In this document: piece by piece, positions 40,501 through 52,144 of the stretch
Numbering within the stretch: position 1 is the stretch's first letter
Layout of the letters: each line of letters begins with the position of its first letter
Assembly (NCBI GenBank): GCA_028826165.1
Contig: JAPDFW010000111.1
Coordinates: 122,595-186,594 of the forward strand
Origin: Anaeramoeba ignava BMAN
Lineage: Eukaryota; Protista; Anaeramoebae
Direction: 5' to 3'
Length of the DNA stretch: 64,000 nucleotides
Made by a program: the position numbers and the translations under genes
Notes under the pieces: model-generated
Databases searched by the model: none
What the model saw: the letters and a program-made list of their open reading frames with translations, nothing else
Told to the model about the DNA's origin: nothing

Positions 40501-40909
40501 AAAAATTGAAATATTTTCATAAATAGAAAAATTGAATTTTAATAATAGTTAAAAAGAATTTAATTTAAATTTATTTTATTTTAAATTGAAATAATATTTT
40601 TATTGATTAAATTAATATTTTAGATTATTTATTATTTCAATTTTAATTATAATAAAATTGAAAAAGTGGAATAAATATTTTAATAAAAATATAAATTGAA
40701 TTTTAAATAATTTTTAATAATAAATTTTAAGTAATTTTTTTTATTTTGATATTTTAATAATGAATTTAAATTTAATTATTATTAATTTCTATTTTCAATT
40801 TTTATTATTTTAAATTTAGATTTGTTTTCTTATTTATTAATTTAAAGAAATTAATTTGATTAAAATTAAATTAAAATTGAATTGGATTTTGAAAAAGAAA
40901 AATTTAAAA

Positions 40910-42472
40910 TTAAATGAAATAAGTCTCAAGTTCATCAACAACCCATGAATTATAAGAACCAGCTAAATAACTTTGAGCTTGATATGTATTATAAGTAATT
41001 CCATTAGGTAGATTATAACTATGACCAATATTTGAATAACCAGGTTGTAACTCAGAATTCAACCAAAAATCATTTGCACCAAACTTTGGACCTCTACTTA
41101 AATGAGAATAAATTGCATATCCATCTTTTCCTTGTTTATAAGTAAATTTTTCAGGTTTTCTATCTCCTTTATCATTTCTTAATGAAAAAATAAATGCATT
41201 TGAATCATAAATTTTTCCTGAATTTCCATTAAATCCAACTTGAGTAAATCCTCCAAAAATAAAATTTTCTTTGGTTTTGATAATAATTAATGTTTCTCCT
41301 TTATTATCAACTGCTTTATGCCAATTTTGAGAATTAAATCCATCATTTTTTGCTGAAAATCCTTTCTTCATTTTGGAAAATAAATCATTATCATTTATCC
41401 ATTCTTTTAATTTTTGAATATATTCAATATCTTTAATAATTTCTGAATCTGAAAAAATATTTCCAAATTCCATTTCTATTTTTGGCTTCATTTTCTCAAT
41501 TTCTTTCTTCCATTTCTCTTCAATTTCTTTTTCTTTCACTTTGATTTCTTTCTTCCATTTATCTTCAATTTCTTTCTCTTTCGCTTCAATTTCTTTTTTC
41601 ATTTGTTGATTTTCTTTCTCTTTATCTTGAATAACTTTTTTTTGATTTTCAATTAAAAAAGAATTTGGAAGAAAAGTTTCAAATTGTTTTAATTTATCAA
41701 AATCTTGTTTTGAAATTGAATCTTTATCAAATAATGAATAAAAAGAATGAAATAATCTTTTCTTTTCATTAATTTTGTGCTTAAATCTTTTTCCTTTTAA
41801 TCTCTTATTTCTTTTTTTAATCCAATTATTTAAAAATTGAAAAAAATCAAATTGAAAAATTTCTTTTTTTTCTTGTTTAAATTGAATAAATTTGTTAATT
41901 TCTTCTTTAGTTAAATTGAATAAATTTTCATTATTTTGAATTTGGGAAAAATTTTGATTTATTAATTCAAAACATTTTATTTCAATTTCATTTGAATTTA
42001 AATTTCGATTTTGGAATAAAAATTGGAAAAAATTTGAATAATTAATTGAATTTAAAATTTTTGAATAATTTCTTTCAATAAATTTAATTTAAAATAAATT
42101 GAAATTTCCAATAATTGGAGAAGATTTTCTTGATTCTCAAAAGAAATATTTCCATAATAAATATAACTCAAAATTGATTCCATTTCTTTTTTATTAAATT
42201 GTCTTAAAAATCTTATTAATATCGTTTTGTCCTCTTAAAAACTTATTAAAAAAAGGAGATCTTGAAGATAAAATTGATTTATGAACTTTAATTTCAAAAG
42301 GATTTGATTTATTCTCAACAAAAATTGAAAAATCTTTAAATAAATTTCCATTTAAAAGGTTTGAATAATCTTTAATTAAATTTTTTGTTACTTTTTTTTC
42401 TAAATTTTTCATTTCATTTTCATTTTGATTTTGATTTTGATTTTCAATTTGGTTATTATTATTATTATCCAT
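40910..42472 (-). CDS. BTB - coiled coil - TLDc protein, intronless, two apparent homopolymer frameshifts
   Basis: FKDFSIFVENKSNPFEIKVHKSILSSRSPFF (42194-42472) continues in another frame as EMESILSYIYYGNI, then EKEIEEKWKK repeats and a TLDc domain (40910-41602). Frame breaks are near 42200 and 42060. Confidence 0.85.
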
Positions 42473-42874
42473 TTTGTGTTTTTGTTTTTTGTTTTTGTTT
42501 TTTGTTTTTGTTTTTTAAAAAAAAAGGAAAAAAATGAAAAAAAAAATGAAAAAAAAATAAAAAGTGAATTTTGAAAATAAATAAAAATATAAAAAATGAG
42601 AATAAATTTAAATTAATAATTAATTTAATTTTCTTTTTAATTTATTATTTTAAATTAATTTATTAATAAATTATTATTATTTTTATTAATTTTTTTATTA
42701 TTAAAAAAAATGGAAAATTATTTTAATTTAATTTTTAATTTAATTTTTTTTGGAATTTAAAAATTATTAATAAATTTAAATTTTAAAACAAATTTTCAAA
42801 TTAATATTAATTCAATTTAATTCAAAAAAAAGATAAAATTTTAATTTCAAAAATCAATTTTCAAAATATTTTTA

Positions 42875-44397
42875 AATAATAAAATATTTAAATCTAAAAC
42901 AATAAATTATTATTTTAAACATAAAATTAAATATTAAATTATATTTTTAAATTAATTTATAAATTTAATATTAAATTAAATCTATTCTTATTTTTATATT
43001 TAAATGTTAAATATTTTAATAATAAAATATTTAAATCTAAAACAATAAATTATTATTTTAAACATAAAATTAAATATTAAATTATATTTTTAAATTAATT
43101 TATAAATTAAATATTAAATTAAACCTATTCTTATTTTTTATATTTATATGTTAAATATTTAAATAATAAAATATTTAAATCTAAAACATTAAATTATTAT
43201 TTTAAACATAAAATTAAATATTAAATTATATTTTTAAATTAATTTATTAAATTAAATATTAAATTAAATCTATTCTTATTTTTATATTTATATGTTAAAT
43301 ATTTAAATAATAAAATATTTAAATTTAAAACAATAAATTATTATTTTAAACATAAAATTAAATATTAAATTATATTTTTAAATTAATTTATAAATTAAAT
43401 ATTAAATTAAATCTATTCTTATTTTTTTATATTTTATGTTAAATATTTAAATAATAAAATATTTAAATCTAAAACATTAAATTATTATTTTAAACATAAA
43501 ATTAAATATTAAATTATATTTTTAAATTAATTTATAAATTAAATATTAAATTAAACATATTTTCATTTTTATATTTATATGTTTAATATTTAAATAATAA
43601 AATATTTAAATCTAAATCAATAAATTATTATTTTAATAATAAAATTAAACATTAAATTATATTTTTAAATTAATTTATAAATTAAATATTAAATTAAATC
43701 TATTCTTATTTTTATATTTATATGTTAAATTTTTAAATAATAAAATATTTAAATCTAAAACAATAAATTATTATTTTAATAATAAAATTAAATACTAAAT
43801 TATATTTTTAAATTAATTTATAAATTAAATATTAAATTAAATCTATTCTTATTTTTATATTTATATGTTAAATATTTAAATAATAAAATATTTAAATCTA
43901 AAACATTAAATTATTATTTTAATAATAGAATTAAATATTAAATTATATTTTTAAAATTAATTTATAAATTAAATATTAAATTAAATCTATTCTTATTTTT
44001 TATATTTATATGTTAAATATTTAAAATAATAAAATATTAAAAATATAAAACAATAAATTATTATTTTAATAATAAAATTCATTTTAGAAATTATATTTTT
44101 AAATTAATTTATAAAATTAAATATTAAATTAAATCTATTCTTATTTTTATATTTTTATGTTAAACATTTAAATAATAAAATATTTAAATCTAAAACAATA
44201 AATTATTATTTTAAACATAAAATTAAATATTAAATTATATTTTTAAATTAATTTATAAATTAAATATTAAATTAAATCTATTTTCATTTTTTATATTTTT
44301 ATGTTAAATATTTAAATAATAAAATATTTAAATCTAAAACAATAAATTATTATTTTAAACATAAAATTAAATATTAAATTATATTTTTAAATTAATT
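42875..44397. repeat. Intergenic tandem array, ~143-145-bp unit, ~11 copies
   Basis: Marker AATCTAAAAC at about 42891, 43034, 43178, 43322, 43466, 43609, 43752, 43895, 44042, 44187 and 44331. Confidence 0.93.
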
Positions 44398-44440
44398 CTT
44401 TTTCATTTTTCATTTTTTTTCATTTTTTTATTTTATTAAA

Positions 44441-46177
44441 ATGTTTGGGATTTTTGCAACATTTTTAATTTTAATAACAATTTATCTTTTTTTCCATTTA
44501 TCAGAAGTTTTATTAACATATATTTATAATCCATCTCATTTAAGTTGGGAATGTAAAAAAAAAAAAGCAAAATTTAAAAACAAAAACTTGATTAATTTTT
44601 TTGAAAATTAAAAAATTAAATTTTTTAGCAACTTTGATAACTTGGGATTATACTTATTCAGTTTTAGGTGGATTAACTGAATATATTTTATCTTCCTTTT
44701 TTATTTCTTCTTTTAAACAAAATAGTTTTATGCAAATTTTGGGATTATTATTAATTATTGGTGAACTTGTTAGAAGAGTTTCAATGATAACTGCTCAACA
44801 TAATTTCACTCATGAGTTCGAGAGAAAGAGATTTAATCATAGATTAGTTGATTTTGGAATTTATAAGTTAATTTTAATATTAATATTAATATTAATTTTA
44901 ATTTTAATTTAAATTTTAATTTCAATTTTAATTTTAATTTTAATTTTAATTTTAATTTTAATTTTTAATTTTAATTTTAATTTTAATTTTAATTTTAATT
45001 TTAATTTTAATTTTAATTTTTTGATTTTTAAATTTAATTTTTATTTTAATTTTAATTTTAATTTTGATTTTAATTTTAATTTTAATTTTTGATTTTAATT
45101 TTAATTTATTTTTAATTTTTAATTTTAATATAAATTTTTAATTTTAATTTTTATCCGATTTTAATTTTTAATTTTAATTTTAATATTAATTATAATTTTA
45201 ATTTTAATTTTAATTTTTAATATTAATTTTAATTATAATTTTTATCCGATTTTAATTTTTAATTTATTTTAATTTTAATTTTTAATTTTAATTTTAATAT
45301 TAATTTTAATTTTTATTTTAATTTTAATTTTAATTTTAATTTTTATATTAATTTTAATTTTAATTTTAATATTAATTTTAATTTTTATCCGATTTTTAAT
45401 TTTAATTTTTAATTTTAATATTAATTTTAATTTTAATATTAATATTTATATTAATTTTAATTTTAATATTAATAATTTTAATTTTAATTTTAATTTTTAA
45501 TTTTAATATTAATTTTAATTTTAAATTTAAATTTAATTATAATTTTAATTTTTAATTTTAATTTTTAATTTTAATTTTAATTTAAATATTAATTTTAATT
45601 TTAATTTTTATATTAATTTTTAATTTTAATTATAATTTTAATTTTAATATTAATTTTAATTTTTATCCGATTTTAATTTTAATTTTAATTTTAATATTAA
45701 TATTAATTTTAATATTAATTTTAATTTTAATTTTAATTTTAATTTTAATTTTAATTTTAATTTTAATTTTAATTTTAATTTTAATTTTTAATATTAATTT
45801 TAATTTTAATTTAAATTTTAATATTGATTTTAATTTAAATTTAAATAATTTTAATTTTAATTTTAAATTTAATTATAATTTTAATTTTAATTTTTAATTT
45901 TAATATAAATTTTAATTTTAATTTTTTATCCGATTTTAATTTTTTATTATTTATTAGATATATAAGACATCCTGGTTATCTTGGATTTTTAATTTGGGCT
46001 TGTGGAACTCAAATATTTTTATGCAATATTCTTTCTCCAATTGCTTTTGCAATAATTTTATGGAAATTTTTCAATGAAAGAATTCAAGATGAAGAATTAA
46101 ATTTAATTAAATTTTTTGGAGATGAATACAGAAAATATCGTTCAAAAACACCAACTTATATTCCATTTATTAAATAA
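44441..46177 (+). CDS. ICMT: Isoprenylcysteine carboxyl methyltransferase (Ste14), 3 exons
   Basis: FFHLSE; GELVRRVSMITAQHNFTH...HRLVDFGIYK|YIRHPGYLGFLIWACGTQ..LCN...FFNERIQDEE..LIKFFGDEY..Y...PTYIPFIK*. Confidence 0.95.
44870..45950. repeat. Intronic (TTTTAA)n hexamer repeat with interspersed TATCCGA
   Basis: Fills ICMT intron 44867-45957. Confidence 0.9.
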
Positions 46178-46769
46178 ATTTCTAAATTAATATTAAAATT
46201 AAAATTAATATTAAAATCAAAAATTAAAATTAAAATTAAAATTAAAATTAAAATTTAAATCAAAATTATAATTATAATTAAAATTAAAATTAAAATTAAA
46301 AATAAAATTAAAATTAAATTTAAAATTAAAAATTAAATTTAAAATTAAAATTAAAAATAAAATTAAAATTAAAATTAAAATTAAAATTAAAATTAAAATT
46401 AAAATTCATTTATAAAATTAAAATTAAAATTAAAATTTAAATCAAAATTAAATTAAAATTAAAATTAAAATTAAAATTAAAATTAAAATTAAAAATAAAA
46501 TCAAAATTAAAAATCAAAATTCAAATCAATATTAAAATTAAAATCAATATTAAAATTAAAAATCGGATAAATTTTTAAAAAGAATTTTTTTTATTAAAAT
46601 TAAAATTAAAGCAAAATTTACAATTAAAATTAAAATTAAAATTAAAATTAAAATTAATTCCTTTTTAAATTAAAATTTAAATAAAAATTTTATTCAGTTC
46701 CAAATTTAAAAAAAAAAACAAAAAAATTTTTTCATTTTTTTTCTTCATTTTTTTTTTCATTTTTAAAAA

Positions 46770-48761
46770 ATGTTTCGAACACAATATGATTCAGATGTAA
46801 CAACATTTTCTCCACAAGGAAGATTACATCAAATAGAATATGCAATGGAAGCTGTTAAACAAGGAAGTACTGCAATTGGTTTAAAAAGTGAAACTCATGC
46901 TATTGTTGTTACTCTTCTTAGATCTAGTTCAGATCTTAGTTCTTATCAACAAGTATTATTAATTTATTTATAATTTTATTTATAATATATATTTTAAATT
47001 TAATTCATTTATTTAATTTATATTCAATTATTTTTATTATTTAATTAAAATTAAAATTAAAAATTAAAATTAAAATTAAAATTAAAAATTAAAATTAAAA
47101 TTAAAATTAATATTAAAATTAAAATTAAAATTAAAATTAGAATTAATATTAATATTAAAAATTAATATTAAAATTAAAATTAAAATTAAAATTAAAATTA
47201 AAATTAAAAATAAAATTAAAATTAAAAATTAAAATTAAAATTAAAATTAAAATTAAAATTAAAATTAAAATTAATATTAAAATTAAAATTAAAATTAAAA
47301 TTAAAATTAAAATTAAAATTAAAATTAAAATCAAAATAAAAATTAAAATTAAAATTAAAATTATAATTAAAATTAAAATTAAAATTAAAATTAAAATTAA
47401 AAAATATTTTTTCTTTTTAGAAAATTTTTAAAGTTGATGAAAATATTGGAATAGCAATTGCAGGACTTACTGCTGATGCAAGAGTTTTATTGAAATATAT
47501 GCAGAATGAAACTTTAAATCATAAATATGTTTTTGAATCTCCAATGAGTGTTGAAAAATTAGTTTCTCAAATTGCTGATAGTATATTTTATTATAATTTA
47601 AATTTTATCTCAAATTTTTTAAATTTAAATTCAATTTATTAATTTATTAATTAATTAATTAAGAATCTCAAATTCATACTCAAAGATATGGAAAAAGACC
47701 TTATGGTGTTGGTTTATTAGTTATTGGTCATGATGTATATTATATTATATTTATTTTTAAACAGAGAGCATTTCATTCAATTTATTTCTTTTAAAAATTC
47801 ATTTATAAAATTAAAATTCAATTTATAAAATTAAAATTAAAATTAAAATTAAAATAATTAAAATTAAAATTAAAATTAAAATTAAAATTAAAATTAAATT
47901 TAAATTTAAAATTTAAAATTAATATTGAAATTGAAATTAAAATTAATATTTAAATTTAAAATTAAAATTAAATTTAAATTAAAATTAATATTTAAATTTA
48001 AAATTAAAATTAAATTTAAATTAAAATTATTTAAATTTAAATTAAAATTAAAATTAAAAATTAAAATTAAAAATTAAAATTAAAATTAAAATTATTTAAA
48101 TTTAAATTAAAATTAAAATTAAAATTAAAATTAAAATTAAAATTAAAATTAAAATTAAAATTAAAATTAAAATTAAAATTAAAATTAAAATTAAAATTAA
48201 AATTAAAATTAAAATTAAAATTAAAATTAAAATTAAAATTAAAATTAAAATTTATAATTAAAATTAAAATTAAAATTAAAATTAAAATTAAAATTAAAAA
48301 TAAAATTAAAATTAAAAATAAAATTAAAATCAAAATTAAAATTAAAATTCATTTATAAAATTAAAATTAAAATTCATTTATAAAATTAAAATTAAAATTA
48401 AAAAAAGAAATCAGGAGTTCATTTATTTGAAACAAGTCCATCAGGAAATTATTTTAATTATTATGCACAAGCAATAGGATCACGAGCACAAAGTGCAAAA
48501 ACTTATTTAGAAAAGAATTTTGAAAATTTTAAAAAATTAAGTTTAGATGATTTAATTTTTCATGGATTAACAGCAATTAAAGAATCATCAAGTAAAGAAG
48601 TTTTAACTAAAGATAATTGTTCAGTTGGAATTGTTGGAGTTGATACTCCTTTTAAATTTTTAGAAAAAGATAAATTGGAAAAGTTTTTAGAAAGAGTTCA
48701 ACCTCAAGATGATTTGGATGATATGGATTTAAATAATGATAATCAAATGAATATTGATTAA
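46770..48761 (+). CDS. PSMA1: 20S proteasome subunit alpha type-1 (alpha6), 4 exons
   Basis: [33 protein letters not shown]...|[17 protein letters not shown]...|[19 protein letters not shown]...|...[15 protein letters not shown]. Confidence 0.97.
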
Positions 48762-49802
48762 TTAAATTCATTCATTGATTTTTTTTTTTTAAAAGAAAAT
48801 GATTGAATTTTCTCAAAGTTTTTTTTTTTTTCAATTTTTTTAAAAACAAAAATCAAGAATTACTTTTTCTTTTCAAAAATAAAAAATTAAAATCAAAATT
48901 AAAATCGGATAAAAAATTGAAGAAAATCTTTAAAGAAAATTTATTTTCAAAATTTCATAGAAAGATTAATCTATTTTCTTAATTCATTTATTGGAATAAA
49001 AACTCAAAAAAATCTTTTATCAAAGAAGAAAAATAATAAAGAAGAAAAATTTGAATTTAATTGGAAAATTAAATAAGAAAAGAAATTATTAATTCAAATT
49101 ATCAAAATCAATTCAAAAACAAAAGAAAAAAGAGAAAAATGAGACAAATTTATTTTTCAAATCTTTTGTTAATAATTAAGTTGTTTTCTGTACTCAGTTT
49201 AATTAATTTTGTTATACTTTTTTGATCAAAAAAAAAAATTAATAAAAAATACTCAATTATCAATTTTTTAACAACTTTTCCTTTAAAATAGTTAGAATTT
49301 TCAATAAATATCTTTTTTAGTAAAAAAAGAAAAAGAAAAGAAAAGAAAAGAAGTTCTTTATAATTTAAAAGAAAATAAACTGAAATCATCAAAATGATCA
49401 AAAAAAGAAAATAAAAATAAATTAAAGTATTAAATGTACTTAATAAAAAAAAATAAATTTCCTTTTGAAAACCAATTTTCTCAAAATAATTTTTAATTTA
49501 AATTTAAAAGAAAAAAAGAAAAAAGAAAAAAAATTTTTTTCTGAAATTCCAACTCATCTTGATTTTGGATAAATTTTTAATTCTTTTTTTTTCTAAATTC
49601 ATTTCTTTCTTTTTTAAATTTTCCATTTACTTTTGTTTTGCTTTTTAAAGTAATAATTTTGGATCTAAATCCACAAAAAAAAACACACTTAAAAAACTTT
49701 TTTTTTTATTATTTAATTATTTAATTAATTTGTTTGTTTTGTTTTTCTTTTCTTTTTATTTATTATTGTTTGAAAATAGGAACAAACAAAAAAAACAAAC
49801 AA

Positions 49803-51872
49803 ATGAATACTTTTCTGCTTTTTTTTTCTTCATTAATTTTTCTCATTTTGATTGTTAAACCTCAAATCACTCCATCAAATTCATTCAATTTCCCACTTGG
49901 AATATCTAGTCCTTATGTTTCTTTAATCGATGTTGATGAAGGATTTGTTTACTTTGCTGATTATGATTATAAGACTCTTTATAAGTTTAATATAAATACT
50001 TTTCAACCTGTTAATGTTCTTGATTTGGAAATTCATAATATTCAATGTGGAGTGATTGATACTGTTAATAAATTTGCTTATTTTGGAGCATATACTAATC
50101 CTAATAAAATTGCGAAAGTGGATTTAAAAACATTCACAGTTGTTGATATTCTCACTTTATCAACAAATGGTGATGGTGTTTGGACTGGCCAAATTGATGT
50201 TGTAAATCAAAAAGCTTATTTTGCTGTTAATATAATCGTTGGTGTTGTCAAAATTGATTTAACAACGTTTACTGAAGAAGCAAATTTAACACTTAATACT
50301 TCAAATCAAAATTTTTGGGGTTCTGCTATTGATATTCCAAATGGATTTTTTTATGTTTTCACAGATTGTTGCACACCAGTAGGAGGAACTCCAGTGATTT
50401 CCAAAATTGATTTATCAAATTTTACTGAAGTTGGATCTCTTGCTTTGGATTCATCAGAAGCACAACCATTTTGTGCAGTGATTGATTCTTCAACAGGATT
50501 TATGTATTTGGGAACTAACTCAGCTCCAATGATGATTGTGAAGGTGAATTTAACAGATTTCACAAAAGTAGATTCAATTGCAACTTCATGTTCATATTGC
50601 TTAGGAACAGGAATTGATATTGATAATGAATTAGCTTATTTCGTATCTCGATCAAAACTTCTTGTCAAAATCAATTTAACTGATTTCACCGGAATTGATT
50701 CATTAAGTTTTACTTTCACACCTAATTCAATGTCTGTTGATTTAAACATTCAAAAAGCATTTATTGGATTATCAGAGATAGGAGTTTCTGAAGTTGATTT
50801 AACAGTATTAAATCAAACTGATCAAATAATAGTTCCAAATTGTCGATATCCATCAGTAATTTTGGTTGATGAACCAAATAATATTGGCTATGTTGCATTT
50901 AGTAATGGTGTTGGAACAATTGCTAAAGTTGATCTTGATTCATTTCAACTTGTTGATTTTTTGAATACTGGAGTTAGTGATTCATTTACTGGAGGAGAAA
51001 TTGATTCAACAAATGGATTTGCTTATTTCTTCTTATCTTCTTCTGGATTAGGAGCTATCAAACTCAGATTATCAAATTTTTCAGTTGATGGAGTTATAAT
51101 ACTTGATTCTAATTGTTCATTTATAGTAAGTGCATTTGATAATCAAAATCATTTCATTTATGTTGGATTTGATAATCATACTTCTAATGTTTCCACACTC
51201 AGTAAAATCAACTCACCTAATTTTGAAATTGTTGATACAGTTATTTTGGATAACAATGAAATTGATTATTTGATAGTTTATTCTTCAAAAGGATTTCTTT
51301 ATGAATTGTTGAAGGTTTCAGGTTATTTCATAAATCAAGTTGCTTTATCAAATTTAAGTGAAGTTATTGATTCAACTTATTTATCAAATTATAATGTTTC
51401 CGTAATATTCCTTGATTCAAATCATCAATACATTTATTTTGGGACTGATGCAACATATTCTGAAATTTGTAGACTTGGATTAACTAATACGGAACTTTTT
51501 TATTGTCTTGAAATTGAAGGAGTTAATAATTTCGTTGGTTCATTTATTGAATCAAGTCAAACTTATGGATTTTTTGTGAGTGATTTTTTGAATAATGAAA
51601 CTGGAGAATATGAAACAAGAATAATCCAAATTGAAACAATTTCAAATCAACTACTTTCAAACACATCAATTGGTCTATATTTGAATGGATTTATTGGAGT
51701 ATATGATTCGACATCAAGATATGAATATGCTTCAGGATATAACAATTATCCAGTTCCATTTATACAATTTTCAGTTCCAAATCCACCAAATCCACCACCA
51801 TCATCAAGTTCAGAAATTCTTTTCTCAATTTTGATAATTGGATTAATGATGATGATTTTACAATTCTTTTGA
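49803..51872 (+). CDS. Secreted, probably GPI-anchored double 7-bladed beta-propeller surface protein, intronless
   Basis: ATG at 49803 with signal peptide MNTFLLFFSSLIFLILIVKP. About 14 repeats of type VID..NGFAYF......I.KVDL..F..V..L.L follow, then a Pro-rich stalk (PNPPNPPP), SSSS and a terminal hydrophobic stretch with no cytosolic tail. Confidence 0.8.
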   Translation: MNTFLLFFSSLIFLILIVKPQITPSNSFNFPLGISSPYVSLIDVDEGFVYFADYDYKTLYKFNINTFQPVNVLDLEIHNIQCGVIDTVNKFAYFGAYTNPNKIAKVDLKTFTVVDILTLSTNGDGVWTGQIDVVNQKAYFAVNIIVGVVKIDLTTFTEEANLTLNTSNQNFWGSAIDIPNGFFYVFTDCCTPVGGTPVISKIDLSNFTEVGSLALDSSEAQPFCAVIDSSTGFMYLGTNSAPMMIVKVNLTDFTKVDSIATSCSYCLGTGIDIDNELAYFVSRSKLLVKINLTDFTGIDSLSFTFTPNSMSVDLNIQKAFIGLSEIGVSEVDLTVLNQTDQIIVPNCRYPSVILVDEPNNIGYVAFSNGVGTIAKVDLDSFQLVDFLNTGVSDSFTGGEIDSTNGFAYFFLSSSGLGAIKLRLSNFSVDGVIILDSNCSFIVSAFDNQNHFIYVGFDNHTSNVSTLSKINSPNFEIVDTVILDNNEIDYLIVYSSKGFLYELLKVSGYFINQVALSNLSEVIDSTYLSNYNVSVIFLDSNHQYIYFGTDATYSEICRLGLTNTELFYCLEIEGVNNFVGSFIESSQTYGFFVSDFLNNETGEYETRIIQIETISNQLLSNTSIGLYLNGFIGVYDSTSRYEYASGYNNYPVPFIQFSVPNPPNPPPSSSSEILFSILIIGLMMMILQFF

Positions 51873-52144
51873 ATTTTTTTCAATCAAATTTTTTTTCAAA
51901 CAACAATAATTCATTAAGAAGAAGAAATGAGAAAGAAAATTATTTCTTTTTGATGAATTTTTTTCCTTTCAAAAAAAATAAATCCAATCCAAAAACAAAT
52001 CACTTTCTCATTTATTTTTTTAATTTGAAATTTTATTCCACTTTTTTTTTTTAAATTCTAAAAATTATTTTTTTTTCATTTTTTCATTTTTCATTTTTTT
52101 TATTTTTTTTAAATAAAAAGAAAAATAAATATAAAAAAATAAAA

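Noticed and set aside
30900-44397. Tandem arrays as CRISPR-like repeat-spacer loci
   Set aside because: Whole units are repeated with no unique spacers, there are no cas genes, and the context is eukaryotic.
49150-49401. 83-aa minus-strand ORF upstream of the propeller gene
   Set aside because: Low-complexity F/L/K composition with no recognisable motif; likely non-coding.
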